From Nannocystis pusilla (GTDB lineage Bacteria; Myxococcota_A; Polyangia; Nannocystales; Nannocystaceae): DNA of 17,693 nt. The notes beneath the pieces are model-generated. The model was not told where the DNA came from. It searched no databases and saw only the letters and a program-made list of their open reading frames with translations. The DNA lies in NCBI RefSeq assembly GCF_020073745.1, contig NZ_JAIRAU010000002.1, positions 1 to 17,693 on the forward strand, read 5' to 3'. Positions 8,729 through 16,711 of this stretch are shown here, in pieces (position 1 is the first letter of the stretch; each line of letters starts with the position of its first letter). The position numbers were made by a program, and so were the translations under genes.

Positions 8729-8998
8729 ATGCGGCAGCTGCTCCGCGAGCTGGCGGAGACGATCGAGGACGACGAGGAGGACGCCGACGGCGAGGGGCCG
8801 AGCGGGCGCGGGCAGTACGACGTGCGCGGCTTCGATCCGGGGAAGAAGGCCATCCCGCTCAACAGCGATCCGTCCGGCGACCTTTACTTCCGGGCGACCG
8901 CGGCGAAGTCGGGGGCCGAGACGCGGCGTCTCGCCGTTGCGCGGGGGCTCGGGCGCCGAAGCAGCGACCGCGTCTCAGGGCCGAGTTGCGGGAAATGA
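8729..8998 (+). CDS. Small acidic hypothetical protein (90 aa) whose 3' end is the founding copy of the downstream 64-bp tandem repeat
   Basis: GC3 is about 90% over the ORF. The product is MRQLLRELAETIEDDEEDADGEGPSGRGQYDVRGFDPGKKAIPLNSDPSGDLYF...GRRSSDRVSGPSCGK*. It is divergent from the PAP2 gene. No SD was recognised. Confidence 0.5.
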   Translation: MRQLLRELAETIEDDEEDADGEGPSGRGQYDVRGFDPGKKAIPLNSDPSGDLYFRATAAKSGAETRRLAVARGLGRRSSDRVSGPSCGK

Positions 8999-9300
8999 CG
9001 AGGCCATGAGCCGCGGGCGCCGAAGTCGCGACCGCGTCTCAGGGCCGAGTTGCGGGGAATGACGAGACCATGATCCGCGGGCGCCGAAGCAGCGACCGTG
9101 TCTCAGGGCCGAGTTGCGGGGAATGACGAGACGATGAGACGCGGGCGCCGAAGCAGCGACCGCGTCTCATGGCTGACTTGCGGGGAATGACGAGACCATG
9201 AGCCGCGGGCGCCGAAGCAGCGACCGCGTCTCAGGGCCCTCGAGCGCGGGAATGATGAATGACGAGACCACGACGCGCAGGCGCTGAAGCAGCGGGCGCG
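8951..9300. repeat. Tandem array of a 64-bp unit (5 near-identical copies at 8951, 9015, 9079, 9143, 9207, plus a degenerate sixth)
   Basis: The unit gggcgccgaagcagcgaccgcgtctcagggccgagttgcggggaatgacgagaccatgagccgc repeats with a period of exactly 64 bp at about 90% identity. The whole unit repeats and there are no unique spacers, so it is not a CRISPR array. Each copy contains ATG-(17 codons)-TGA encoding MSRGRRS(S/R)DRVSGPSCGE. Confidence 0.9.
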
Positions 9301-9512
9301 TCGCGGCGTGAGCGTGACGAGGCGGGGGCCGTGACGCGCGACCGGGTGGCGCGGAGTGCCGTTCCCAAGATCCAGACCTGCGACGGTGCGCTCGATAGGA
9401 TGAGCTTGCACGTGCGGCCTGCACCCGGCACTCGCGCCTGTGCTGGCGGTGGGCGAGACGAGAGCTCGCCAGGCCAAACCCGGCCGCGTTCGGACGGCGG
9501 ACCCGCAGGGGG

Positions 9513-10145
9513 TCACACGTCCTGCACGTCGAGCTGCAGGCAGGTCGACGTGTCGATGTACACGACCTCCTCGAGGGCGACGGGCTCCAGGTCGGGACGA
9601 TCGATGTCGATGGGCTGGAAGTCGGGGCGGTCGATGGGCTGGAAGTTGGGGCGGTCGATGGGATTGAAGTTGGGGCGGTCGATGGGGTTGAAGTGCGGGC
9701 GGTCGATGCCGGGGCGGTCCCACGGGCCGAAGCCGTGCCAGGGGCCGAGGCCGGGCCAGGGGCCGAAGCCGCCCAGGCGGGTCGTGAGCTCGCTGGGCGC
9801 GCAGAACAGCGCGCCGCCGTCCTCACACTGGCTGCGGCAGGTCGCCGCGCGGTCCTCGAGCTCGCCGGCGCACTGGGCCAGGCAGACCGGGCCGGTCAGC
9901 GCGCCGCAGTCGTAGGCGCGGTCGTCGGTGCCGGTGCCGACGAAGATCTGGGTCTGGACGCACGCGTCGAGGGCGGTGGCGCCGCCCAGGTCGATGCCCT
10001 GCTCCGGGTTCTTGCCGACCGGCTCCCACTGGCCGGGGCCGTTCATCTGCTCCGACTCGGCGGTGAGCGGACGCGCCATCGTCGGGCTGGCCGCGAGCGA
10101 CGCGATGACCAGGGCGGGGCAAACGATCAGGATATTACGCAACAT
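9513..10145 (-). CDS. Secreted Cys-rich protein with GPW and (IDRPxFxP)x5 tandem peptide repeats
   Basis: The signal peptide is MLRNILIVCPALVIASLAASPTMA. The mature part is Cys-rich. The C-terminus is IDRPHFNPIDRPNFNPIDRPNFQPIDRPDFQPIDIDRPDLEP. A purine-rich SD (gaaagg) lies 7 nt upstream of the ATG, and GC3 is high. Confidence 0.8.
   Translation of the reverse strand: MLRNILIVCPALVIASLAASPTMARPLTAESEQMNGPGQWEPVGKNPEQGIDLGGATALDACVQTQIFVGTGTDDRAYDCGALTGPVCLAQCAGELEDRAATCRSQCEDGGALFCAPSELTTRLGGFGPWPGLGPWHGFGPWDRPGIDRPHFNPIDRPNFNPIDRPNFQPIDRPDFQPIDIDRPDLEPVALEEVVYIDTSTCLQLDVQDV
9606..9715 (-). repeat. 24-bp tandem coding repeat (about 4.5 copies) inside the secreted-protein gene
   Basis: The unit gtcgatgggctggaagt(c/t)ggggcg repeats and encodes the octapeptide IDRP(D/N)F(Q/N)P on the minus strand. 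Confidence 0.85.
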
Positions 10146-10582
10146 GGGGAGTACCTTTCTTCTCTTCCTGCTTCTCTCGGTGGCGGCGTGGGATGATTCC
10201 CTCCGTCGCGCCGTGTAGGACTATTCAGCCCGTTCAGACCGTGGGCAATGCCGAGTTGTGGCGTATCGCATACTCGTGGGGGCCTCGATTTGGCGTAGGG
10301 GCCGGCGTGCCCCGGCGCATCTCGGGGAATCCGCGGGTTCGCCTCGATCGGGCAGGAACCCGGCGGCGGCGCCGTCTGCGGCGGTTTTGCGGCGCTCGTG
10401 AGCAGATGTCGCCGTCGTCCGCCGCGCTCGCACATTGTTCATAGCCCTGCGACCCGGGCAGGGCAATTTCGAGGCCGTCCGTCGATTCGAGGAAAGTACT
10501 ATGATGATTGATGAAGCGGCGCGGTCGCGGCGGCTCGCGGAGGGCTCCGCGCACTTTTCGAGTCGGCGGCCGGGAGAGCTCC

Positions 10583-10610
10583 TATGATTATATACAATGT
10601 GCTATTTCTC
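10583..10610. promoter_or_regulatory. Isolated AT-rich box (tatgattatatacaatgtgctatttctc) with -10-like TATACAAT in an otherwise GC-rich 950-bp gene-free region
   Basis: This is the most AT-rich 30-mer in the window. TACAAT at 10593-10598 matches 5 of 6 positions of TATAAT. No convincing -35 element is present, and the direction is unknown. Confidence 0.3.
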
Positions 10611-11019
10611 CTCACAAGTCGCGGACGCTGCGACATTGATGATTCGCCGCGGCGCCGTCGGCAGCGCCGCGGACGACGGAATGCGTCGAGCGGCGCGCCG
10701 TTCGACGCGCCGATCGATCGATCGGGGCAGGGGCGTCGCGCGCGTCCGAGGAGCGCCTCGGGGGGCGCCGCGCCGGCGGACGCGGGCCGGCAGTGGCGAG
10801 CCCGCCCGCTCGCGGCACGAGCTCGGCTCGCCCGTGCAATCGGCGGCGCCGACCGTCGGCAGCAACCCTGCAGCAGGAGGACGCTCGGCAGCGCCTGGCT
10901 GCCGACGTCCGCCGTGGCGTCTCGCTCGTCGATCACGCTCCGCTGACTGACCCCGATCGCGGCCGCGGTCACGCCGGACGGATACCGATCGACGAGGAGC
11001 TGGACAAATCAGAGAAGGA

Positions 11020-11031
11020 CAGGACGTCCTG
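11020..11031. promoter_or_regulatory. Perfect 12-bp palindrome CAGGACGTCCTG (preceded by an extra AGGAC half-site)
   Basis: The palindrome was read directly. It lies about 70 bp downstream of the stop of the minus-strand gene ending at 11099. It is adjacent to a 6-bp GC hairpin (cgcgcc-gcagggcga-ggcgcg, 11047-11067) that could act as a terminator. Confidence 0.35.
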
Positions 11032-11098
11032 ATCGCGGAATGACGCGCGCCGCAGGGCGAGGCGCGGTCGTCGGGCATGCCGAGACGTCCGACCGTAT

Positions 11099-12948
11099 TC
11101 AGGACTGCGGCTCGGAGGCTCGCTCGGCGGCCCATCGATCGAGCTCGGGCGCGGACGGGACGAGCGCGCCGAGGGCCGCGATGAGCGGCTCGAGCTCGCC
11201 ACGCCTGCGCTCGTCGGGCATCTGCAGGCGGAGGCCGCCGCCGAGCTCGGTCATCGTGATGTGGTCGGGCAGCCTAGCGCGATCGAGCCGCGCGGCGTGG
11301 CTGGTCGACATCCAGATCCGGCGGTCGATCCCGCGGATGTGCGTCTCGTGCCAGGCCGCGATCTTGAGCGGCTCATCGTTCCCGCCGAGCGTGATGCTCT
11401 CCCAGCGCGTCGTGTCGTCCGGGCGGTATTGATGCAGCTCGAGGAGCGCGGAGTAGGCGGCGCCGGAGCGGATCGCCTCGTCGCAGATCGCCTCGAGTCG
11501 GGCGATGTCCGCGACGTGATCCGCCGTCCGGTCGTACGCGGCGAGCACGAGCTGGACGACGAGCTGATCCCGTGCGTCCATCGATCGCGGCGGGTAGCCG
11601 AAAGTGCCGAACAGGTAGGTCGAGCCAGCGACCTGAAACGGCGACTTGGGGCCGGGCATGAATTCAGTGACACGGTCGAGGGGAGGGGCGCCCGCCTCCT
11701 CGCGCTCGTGAAAGACGACCTCATGGTCACGCTCGATGCGGAGGCTCCCGTCGCCGTGCGCGGTGCGCCACGCCTCGACGTGCCGGCTCGCCCACGCCCA
11801 CGCCCACGCGAGCGAGCCACGCAGGGTGATGTGCGCGCTCACGTGCTCGCGGTGATGCATGGCGAAGAGGGCGTAGTTGCCGATACTGCTGTGCGTGAGG
11901 CTCGGTCGCCACGGCTTCCATATCACCACGAGCTCGAGGCTGCCGGACGTATGCGAGCCATCGCTCGCGATCTCCGCGACGAGCTCGCACTCGCCTTCCT
12001 TGAGCGTGCGGTACTCGAGATGGAGGGGCCACATGCGCTTGTCGGCGAGCACGCGTGCCCGCTCGGCTTCTCTCCGGCCCATCGAGAACGTGTCGGGCTC
12101 CTCGACGAACCCCGGCGGGATCGCGATCTTCGCGTCGCCCCAGGCGTGCGGCCCCTCGGGTACGAGCTCGAGCCTGTCGCTCTTGCACGAGAGCAGCTCG
12201 ACGAAGCCCTCCGCGATCCCACTGCCCGAGAGCCGGATCGTCAGGCCGCGCCCGGGGCCGCCGACGCTGCGGACCTCCAGGAATTGCTTGCAGACCTCGC
12301 CCTCGAATACGAGGTGCCGCGATCCCCAGCTGCGGTTGCTGCCCCAGTCGACGTGGAACGCGGGGTCGCCGGTCTGGTCACGCGGCGTCCATGCGGCCTG
12401 CTTTCGGCGCAGCGCGATCGTGGTGCCGCGCAGCGCACGCTCCCCGAACATGTGCTCGACGGACAGGCCGAACCGCTCCGCGGCGACGGCGAGCGCCGTC
12501 TCGGGGAAGATCTGGATGAGCCCGTCGGCGAACGCCCTGGCGAGCTCGTTGGCGTGCCCTTCACGAGCAGCGGCTCGACGTGCTTCTTCGCCGGCCTGCG
12601 CTCGCCCCCGCGGGCCCACACGCCCGCCGGCTTCCCGTCCGCATGGAGGCCGAGCCGGACGATCGCGCTCGCTTCGCAGTACGCCTCGAGGACGGGCAGC
12701 TTCGTCGCCTTCGACACCGCCTGGGCGATCGCCGCGGCCTCGTGGCCGTCGTCCTCGATCGTGAGCCAGGGCGACTTGCCGCCGAGGCGGATCACGCGAT
12801 CGGCACCGCGAGTTCGCGTGATCCGTTCGTACCCCGCCTTCTTCGCGTACGCGAGGACGGCCCGGACGACCCGCTCGCGCTGCCGCTCCGTCGGCGCATG
12901 GACGTGGAGGTTGTGGAAGTTCTGGCTCATGCGAAGGCGCCCGAGCAT
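11099..12948 (-). pseudogene. Hypothetical protein (about 615 aa), reading frame broken by a 1-nt frameshift near 12555-12560
   Basis: The N-terminal 125 codons (MSQNFHNLHVHAPTERQRERVVRAVLAYAKKAGYERITRTRGADRVIRL...HVEPLLVKG) are in one frame with about 95% GC3. The remaining roughly 490 codons (HANELARAFADGLIQIFPETALAVAAERFGLSVEHMF...ERASEPQS*) continue in the -1 frame. The junction is at minus-strand GTGAAGGG|CACGCC, which corresponds to + strand 12551-12564. Both halves turn to junk beyond the junction in their own frame. Confidence 0.7.
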
Positions 12949-13060
12949 ACACCGCGAACGCGACCCCCCGGGCGAGGGCGCGGTGCAGCGACGCGACGTG
13001 CAACGCGTCGGGGGCCGCAGACGATCAGCTCGTCACACTCATGGGCGTCGCCGAGGTCGG

Positions 13061-13145
13061 ATTCACATGCGGCGATCCTACATGTGCTCCGGCCCGACGT
13101 GCATGCCCGCGTCGCGCGCCGGCGCGCCATCGCCACCGCACATGA
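13061..13145. promoter_or_regulatory. Divergent intergenic region with three CACATG hexamers (13064, 13081 as CATGTG, 13139), five CATG cores and a 14-bp GC palindrome gcgcgccggcgcgc (13114-13127)
   Basis: The motifs were read directly. A/T-containing hexamers like CACATG are rare in this composition. The region lies between the frameshifted gene and the lipoprotein gene. Confidence 0.3.
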
Positions 13146-13216
13146 GGTCGCCACTCTCGGTTAGAATGACCGTCGCAGGGCCTGTCGAAGGTCCTGTCCC
13201 GCAAAGGTCCCCCCCC

Positions 13217-13918
13217 ATGAGAAGAGCCTTCCTGTGCGCACTGATCGTCGCCGCCACCACCTCCTCGCTCGCATGCGACGCGGTCATCGCGGCGCAGTCC
13301 AAGGACCAGCCCGTCCCTGAGGAGCCCGCGGCGATGGCGGCCGTCAAGGTCCAGGCCGACGTCGACGTCCAGCTCAAGCCCGAGGTGCTCGACCTCGAGA
13401 CGGTCAACTACTTGATCAAGAAGGGCAAGGTCAAGGACGCGGAGGCGCTCGAGAAGCAGCTCAACAACCCGAAGGAGAAGCTGCACAGCATCGACATCGA
13501 CGGCGACGGCAAGCTCGACAAGCTCCAGATCGTCGAGGTCAAGAAGCCGAACGACGAGATCGTGTTCGAGCTGCACGTGATCCCCTCGTCGAAGAAGGAG
13601 AAGGACAACACCCTGATCGTCGCCTTCATCGACTTCGCGCCCGACAAGACGACGAACACCCTCGTCGTCAAGGCGACCTACGCGCCCTGCGTCGTCGGCC
13701 ACGACACGATCGTGTATGACTACAACGTCCCGATCGTCGTCCAGAACGACACGATCGTGGTCACCGGCGGTCCGGCGTTCTACGGCTGGCTGTTCGCGGT
13801 CCGTCCGGCCTACGTCGGCGTCATCGTCATCGATGTCCCGACCGTGCATATCCACAAGCACAAGCACAAGCACAAGGGCAAGTGGAAGGGCAAGGGCAAG
13901 GGCAAGTGGCACTGGTGA
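13217..13918 (+). CDS. Lipoprotein with DxDxDG Ca-binding-like loop and His/Lys-rich cationic C-terminal tail
   Basis: The N-terminus is MRRAFLCALIVAATTSSLAC (lipobox SLAC). The loop is DIDGDGKLDKLQ. The C-terminus is HIHKHKHKHKGKWKGKGKGKWHW. SD-like aaagg is followed by a C8 tract before the ATG. The gene occupies the 3' third of the long 11261..13918 + ORF; the rest of that ORF is antisense shadow. Confidence 0.85.
   Translation: MRRAFLCALIVAATTSSLACDAVIAAQSKDQPVPEEPAAMAAVKVQADVDVQLKPEVLDLETVNYLIKKGKVKDAEALEKQLNNPKEKLHSIDIDGDGKLDKLQIVEVKKPNDEIVFELHVIPSSKKEKDNTLIVAFIDFAPDKTTNTLVVKATYAPCVVGHDTIVYDYNVPIVVQNDTIVVTGGPAFYGWLFAVRPAYVGVIVIDVPTVHIHKHKHKHKGKWKGKGKGKWHW
13853..13912 (+). repeat. Coding hexanucleotide microsatellite (CACAAG)4 followed by (GGCAAG/TGGAAG)5 encoding the HK/GK tail
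   Basis: The repeat was read directly. The in-frame 6-bp period means slippage would preserve the frame and change tail length. Confidence 0.8.
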
Positions 13919-16326
13919 TGGGCCACGCCGATCCGTCTCGAACCTCGAACGGACTGTGGGAGCGGGTTCGCGAGAAGAAGATCGCGGCGGCGCTCGGTCG
14001 CCCGCCCGATCCGCCTCCGGACCTCCAACTGATCCGCGTCAGCTGCGAGGTCGCTCCCGCTGCGCTGCGACCGCTCCTCGAGGCGCGGCGGTTGACCGAG
14101 GCGATCCTCGGCGAGACGCGGCCGAGGCCGGAGCGGAGCAAGCTGCGGGCGCGGACGCTCTTCGGTGAGACGCCCGAGCGCGCCACCGAGGTGGTCGTCG
14201 TCGAGCTGTGGAATCAGCTCGCCCAACAGAAGGGCGCGCGCTGGGTGGTGGTCTTCGACGCGGTGGAACACGCCGACAAGGCGACTCTGGCGGCGCTGAC
14301 GCAGATCGTGCAGCGGGCGGAATGGGTGCGACTACCGCTGCTGCTGGTGTTTCACAGCGAGCCGAAGGAGGCGGCGGCCGACTTGCTCGCGGCCGTGCGC
14401 GGGCGCGACGCCGAGGCCGTGATCCGCGGCGAGCAGCCGCGCGTCGGTGAGGCGCAGCGGATCGAGTGGAACGCGTTGCCCGCCAAAACGCTCCGCGTGC
14501 TGCGAGCCGGGGCGTTGATCGGCCCGGGCTTCGAGCTCAAGATCCTCGCCGATCTGCTGGCGCTCGAGCCGCTCGAGGTGCTCGAGCAGCTCCAACACGC
14601 CGTGGATCTCGGCGTCCCGATCGAGGATCGCGGCGAGGGACGGTTCTCGTTGCCGGCCTCCGCCCTCTCGGCGCTGTCCGCGTCGATCATGCCGTCGCTC
14701 GCGCAAGCGTGGCACCGCCAGCTCGGGCGACTGCTCGGCGGGCGCGTGGCGAAGGTGGCGGCACCGCCCCCGCCTCCGCCGAACGCGGCCAGGATCGCGA
14801 CGATCCGACGGGAGAGCATCGGCGATGCTCGCGTGGCGGAGATCATCGACATGTCCGACGAGGTCAGTGATCTGGCCGATGACGCGTCGAGCGCCGCGCA
14901 GGCCGCCTCCGCTTCCGCCGCCAGCCCGCAAACCCCGGAGATCAGCCCGTCCGAGCACGACGAGAGCGGATCGCCTGTCCCGAGGGACATCCAGCCTTCG
15001 GGCTCGAGCGCCGCGGCTCCGCACGCGCCTTCCAAAGCAGTGGTTCAGCGCCGGACCGTGGTGGCAGCGCCGGCCCGAGGCGCGGGAGCGCCGGTGCGTC
15101 CGAGGACGTTGCTCCTCGCGCCGGACGTCGACTTGCCGGAGCCGGCCGAGTGGAGCTCGTCCCCCAGGACCGGGGCGACCGAGCTCGATGACCCGCTGGT
15201 CGACAAGGTGCGGGCCGCCGAGCACATGCGCCTCGCCGGCGACGCCGAGGCAGCCGCGGCGCACCTGTGCGAGGCAGCGCGCACGGCCGCGGAGATGGGG
15301 GCGCCGCAGGTGGCGGCGCAGCACGTGAACGACGTGCTCGAGTTGCTGGCGACGCTGCCCATCGGCGCGTCCCGGCAGCGACTCAGGGCGCGGGCGCTGC
15401 TCGAGCGCGGGCGGCTGCAGTGGCAGGCGGCGGGCTACGAACACGGGTTCACACTGGCCCAGGCGCTGGTTTCGCTCGAGGCGGCGCGCGCAGAGCTCGG
15501 GCCGGATGCGCCGGTCGACCTCGCGGTCGATCTGGCGCAGGCCCTGGCAGGCGTGTATTTCGAGCTGGGCGACTCGCATGCCCTCGCGCGGGCGCTGGCG
15601 GAGATCGAGGAGGCGAGCCGAAAGTTGCAGACCGCGAACGACACGATCGGGGCGGCGTGCCTGTTCAACGATCAAGCCGCCGTGCGCGTCCGGATGGGCG
15701 ATGCCGCGAGCGCGCTGCAACTGCTGCGCGCGTCTCGTGCGATCTTCGACGCGCGGGGCCAGGACGACCACGTGGCGCTGCGCGAGCTCGCGGAGACGGA
15801 GCACCTGTTCGCCAAGCTACCGCTCCATGCCCGGATGCGCCTGGGGCGCGAGGAAGAGGGCTACGCGATCGGCCTCGAACACGCGCTCGCAGCAGAGCGC
15901 GCCTATGGCGAGCTCGAGGATCCCCGCGAGCTCGCGCGCGTGTGGGAGACGATGGGTCGACTCGAACTGAAGCGCTGCCGGATCGAGGAGGCGAGGCAAC
16001 GGCTCGAGGCGGCGTTCGAGACGCAGACGCGGATCGGCGACCTGACCGGCCTGGCGCAGACGACGGAGCTGTTGTCGGAGGTGCTCGCCTGGTGCGGCCG
16101 CAACGACGAGGCGGTCGCGATGCTCCGCGACTCCGTGGTGTTCAACCGCGACAAGGGGTCCCCACGCGGGCTGATCTCCAACCGCCAGGCGCTCACCGCC
16201 CTGTCGTCGCGCTTCGCAGCGCTGCCGAAGCACGCGGAAGGTCTCCGCGAGGTGGAGATCCTGCTCGCGGCCGGCGAACGCGAGCTCGGCGTGCCGGCAC
16301 GGACGGACACTCAAGGCATGACCTGA
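13918..16326 (+). CDS. STAND/MalT-like helical plus winged-helix region lacking a recognisable Walker A, followed by an acidic Ser/Ala-rich linker and C-terminal TPR-like repeats (802 aa)
   Basis: The start ATG overlaps the stop of the upstream lipoprotein gene (TGATG at 13916-13920). WVVVFDAVEHADKATLAALTQIV is Walker-B-like. LLLVFHSEP and ...LRAGALIGPGFELKILADLLALEPLEVLEQLQHAVDLGVPIEDRGEGRFSLPASAL match the arm and winged-helix pattern of MalT/AfsR/LuxR-type STAND NTPases. No GxxxxGK[ST] is found in the 100 aa upstream. The C-terminal 350 aa are TPR-like helical repeats. Confidence 0.8.
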   Translation: MGHADPSRTSNGLWERVREKKIAAALGRPPDPPPDLQLIRVSCEVAPAALRPLLEARRLTEAILGETRPRPERSKLRARTLFGETPERATEVVVVELWNQLAQQKGARWVVVFDAVEHADKATLAALTQIVQRAEWVRLPLLLVFHSEPKEAAADLLAAVRGRDAEAVIRGEQPRVGEAQRIEWNALPAKTLRVLRAGALIGPGFELKILADLLALEPLEVLEQLQHAVDLGVPIEDRGEGRFSLPASALSALSASIMPSLAQAWHRQLGRLLGGRVAKVAAPPPPPPNAARIATIRRESIGDARVAEIIDMSDEVSDLADDASSAAQAASASAASPQTPEISPSEHDESGSPVPRDIQPSGSSAAAPHAPSKAVVQRRTVVAAPARGAGAPVRPRTLLLAPDVDLPEPAEWSSSPRTGATELDDPLVDKVRAAEHMRLAGDAEAAAAHLCEAARTAAEMGAPQVAAQHVNDVLELLATLPIGASRQRLRARALLERGRLQWQAAGYEHGFTLAQALVSLEAARAELGPDAPVDLAVDLAQALAGVYFELGDSHALARALAEIEEASRKLQTANDTIGAACLFNDQAAVRVRMGDAASALQLLRASRAIFDARGQDDHVALRELAETEHLFAKLPLHARMRLGREEEGYAIGLEHALAAERAYGELEDPRELARVWETMGRLELKRCRIEEARQRLEAAFETQTRIGDLTGLAQTTELLSEVLAWCGRNDEAVAMLRDSVVFNRDKGSPRGLISNRQALTALSSRFAALPKHAEGLREVEILLAAGERELGVPARTDTQGMT

Positions 16327-16327
16327 A

Positions 16328-16372
16328 GGCCAGCTTCTCGGGCGCTGCTCGCGGGCGCCGGAGTCGCTGGCC
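16328..16372 (+). terminator. Possible terminator structure after the STAND-like gene (7-bp stem GGCCAGC/GCTGGCC enclosing a nested GC hairpin; no U-tract)
   Basis: The inverted repeat was read directly, 2 nt after the TGA at 16324-16326. Confidence 0.3.
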
Positions 16373-16711
16373 TGTACCCGCCTTCACGCCTCGCACAGCG
16401 ATGCCTCGTGCAACACGCGCTCGACCCAGCGGGCTCAGCGGCTCTCGCTCTCCGCGCTCACCGTCCTGCTCGCTTGCGGTAAGCCCCGACCGAGCTCAAC
16501 GACGAGGACGATCGAGGGACGGATTCCCGGCTGCGAGAATGACATGAGCATCGTCGCGACCACATACAACGCACACCGTCAGACAGGGCTGAAAAAAAAT
16601 GTCGGCGACCTTGGAGGAACCTGTTGTTCCGCGGCCTAAGGGCGATGAACACCGTCGCGAGGGCTCGAGCATTCGCCGCGGCACGACGGGCGGTTCAAAG
16701 GAAGCATGACA

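Noticed and set aside
7402-8862. 486-aa minus ORF
   Set aside because: It is an Arg/Pro-rich alternative frame overlapping the PAP2 gene, and the PAP2 frame carries the conserved motifs.
8951-9300. CRISPR array
   Set aside because: The whole 64-bp unit repeats head-to-tail with no unique spacers and there are no cas genes. It is a minisatellite.
10500-10586. 28-codon ORF as a confident leader peptide
   Set aside because: It has mixed codon bias and no downstream gene on the + strand. It is kept only as an observation.
8675-13070. Shared 9-mer TTCACATGC in two divergent promoter regions (8675 and 13061)
   Set aside because: The expected chance occurrence of one shared 9-mer between two roughly 250-bp regions is not negligible.
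11261-13216. First 650 codons of the 885-aa + ORF
   Set aside because: This part is the antisense of the frameshifted minus-strand gene. Only the final 233 codons, from ATG 13217, form a real lipoprotein gene.
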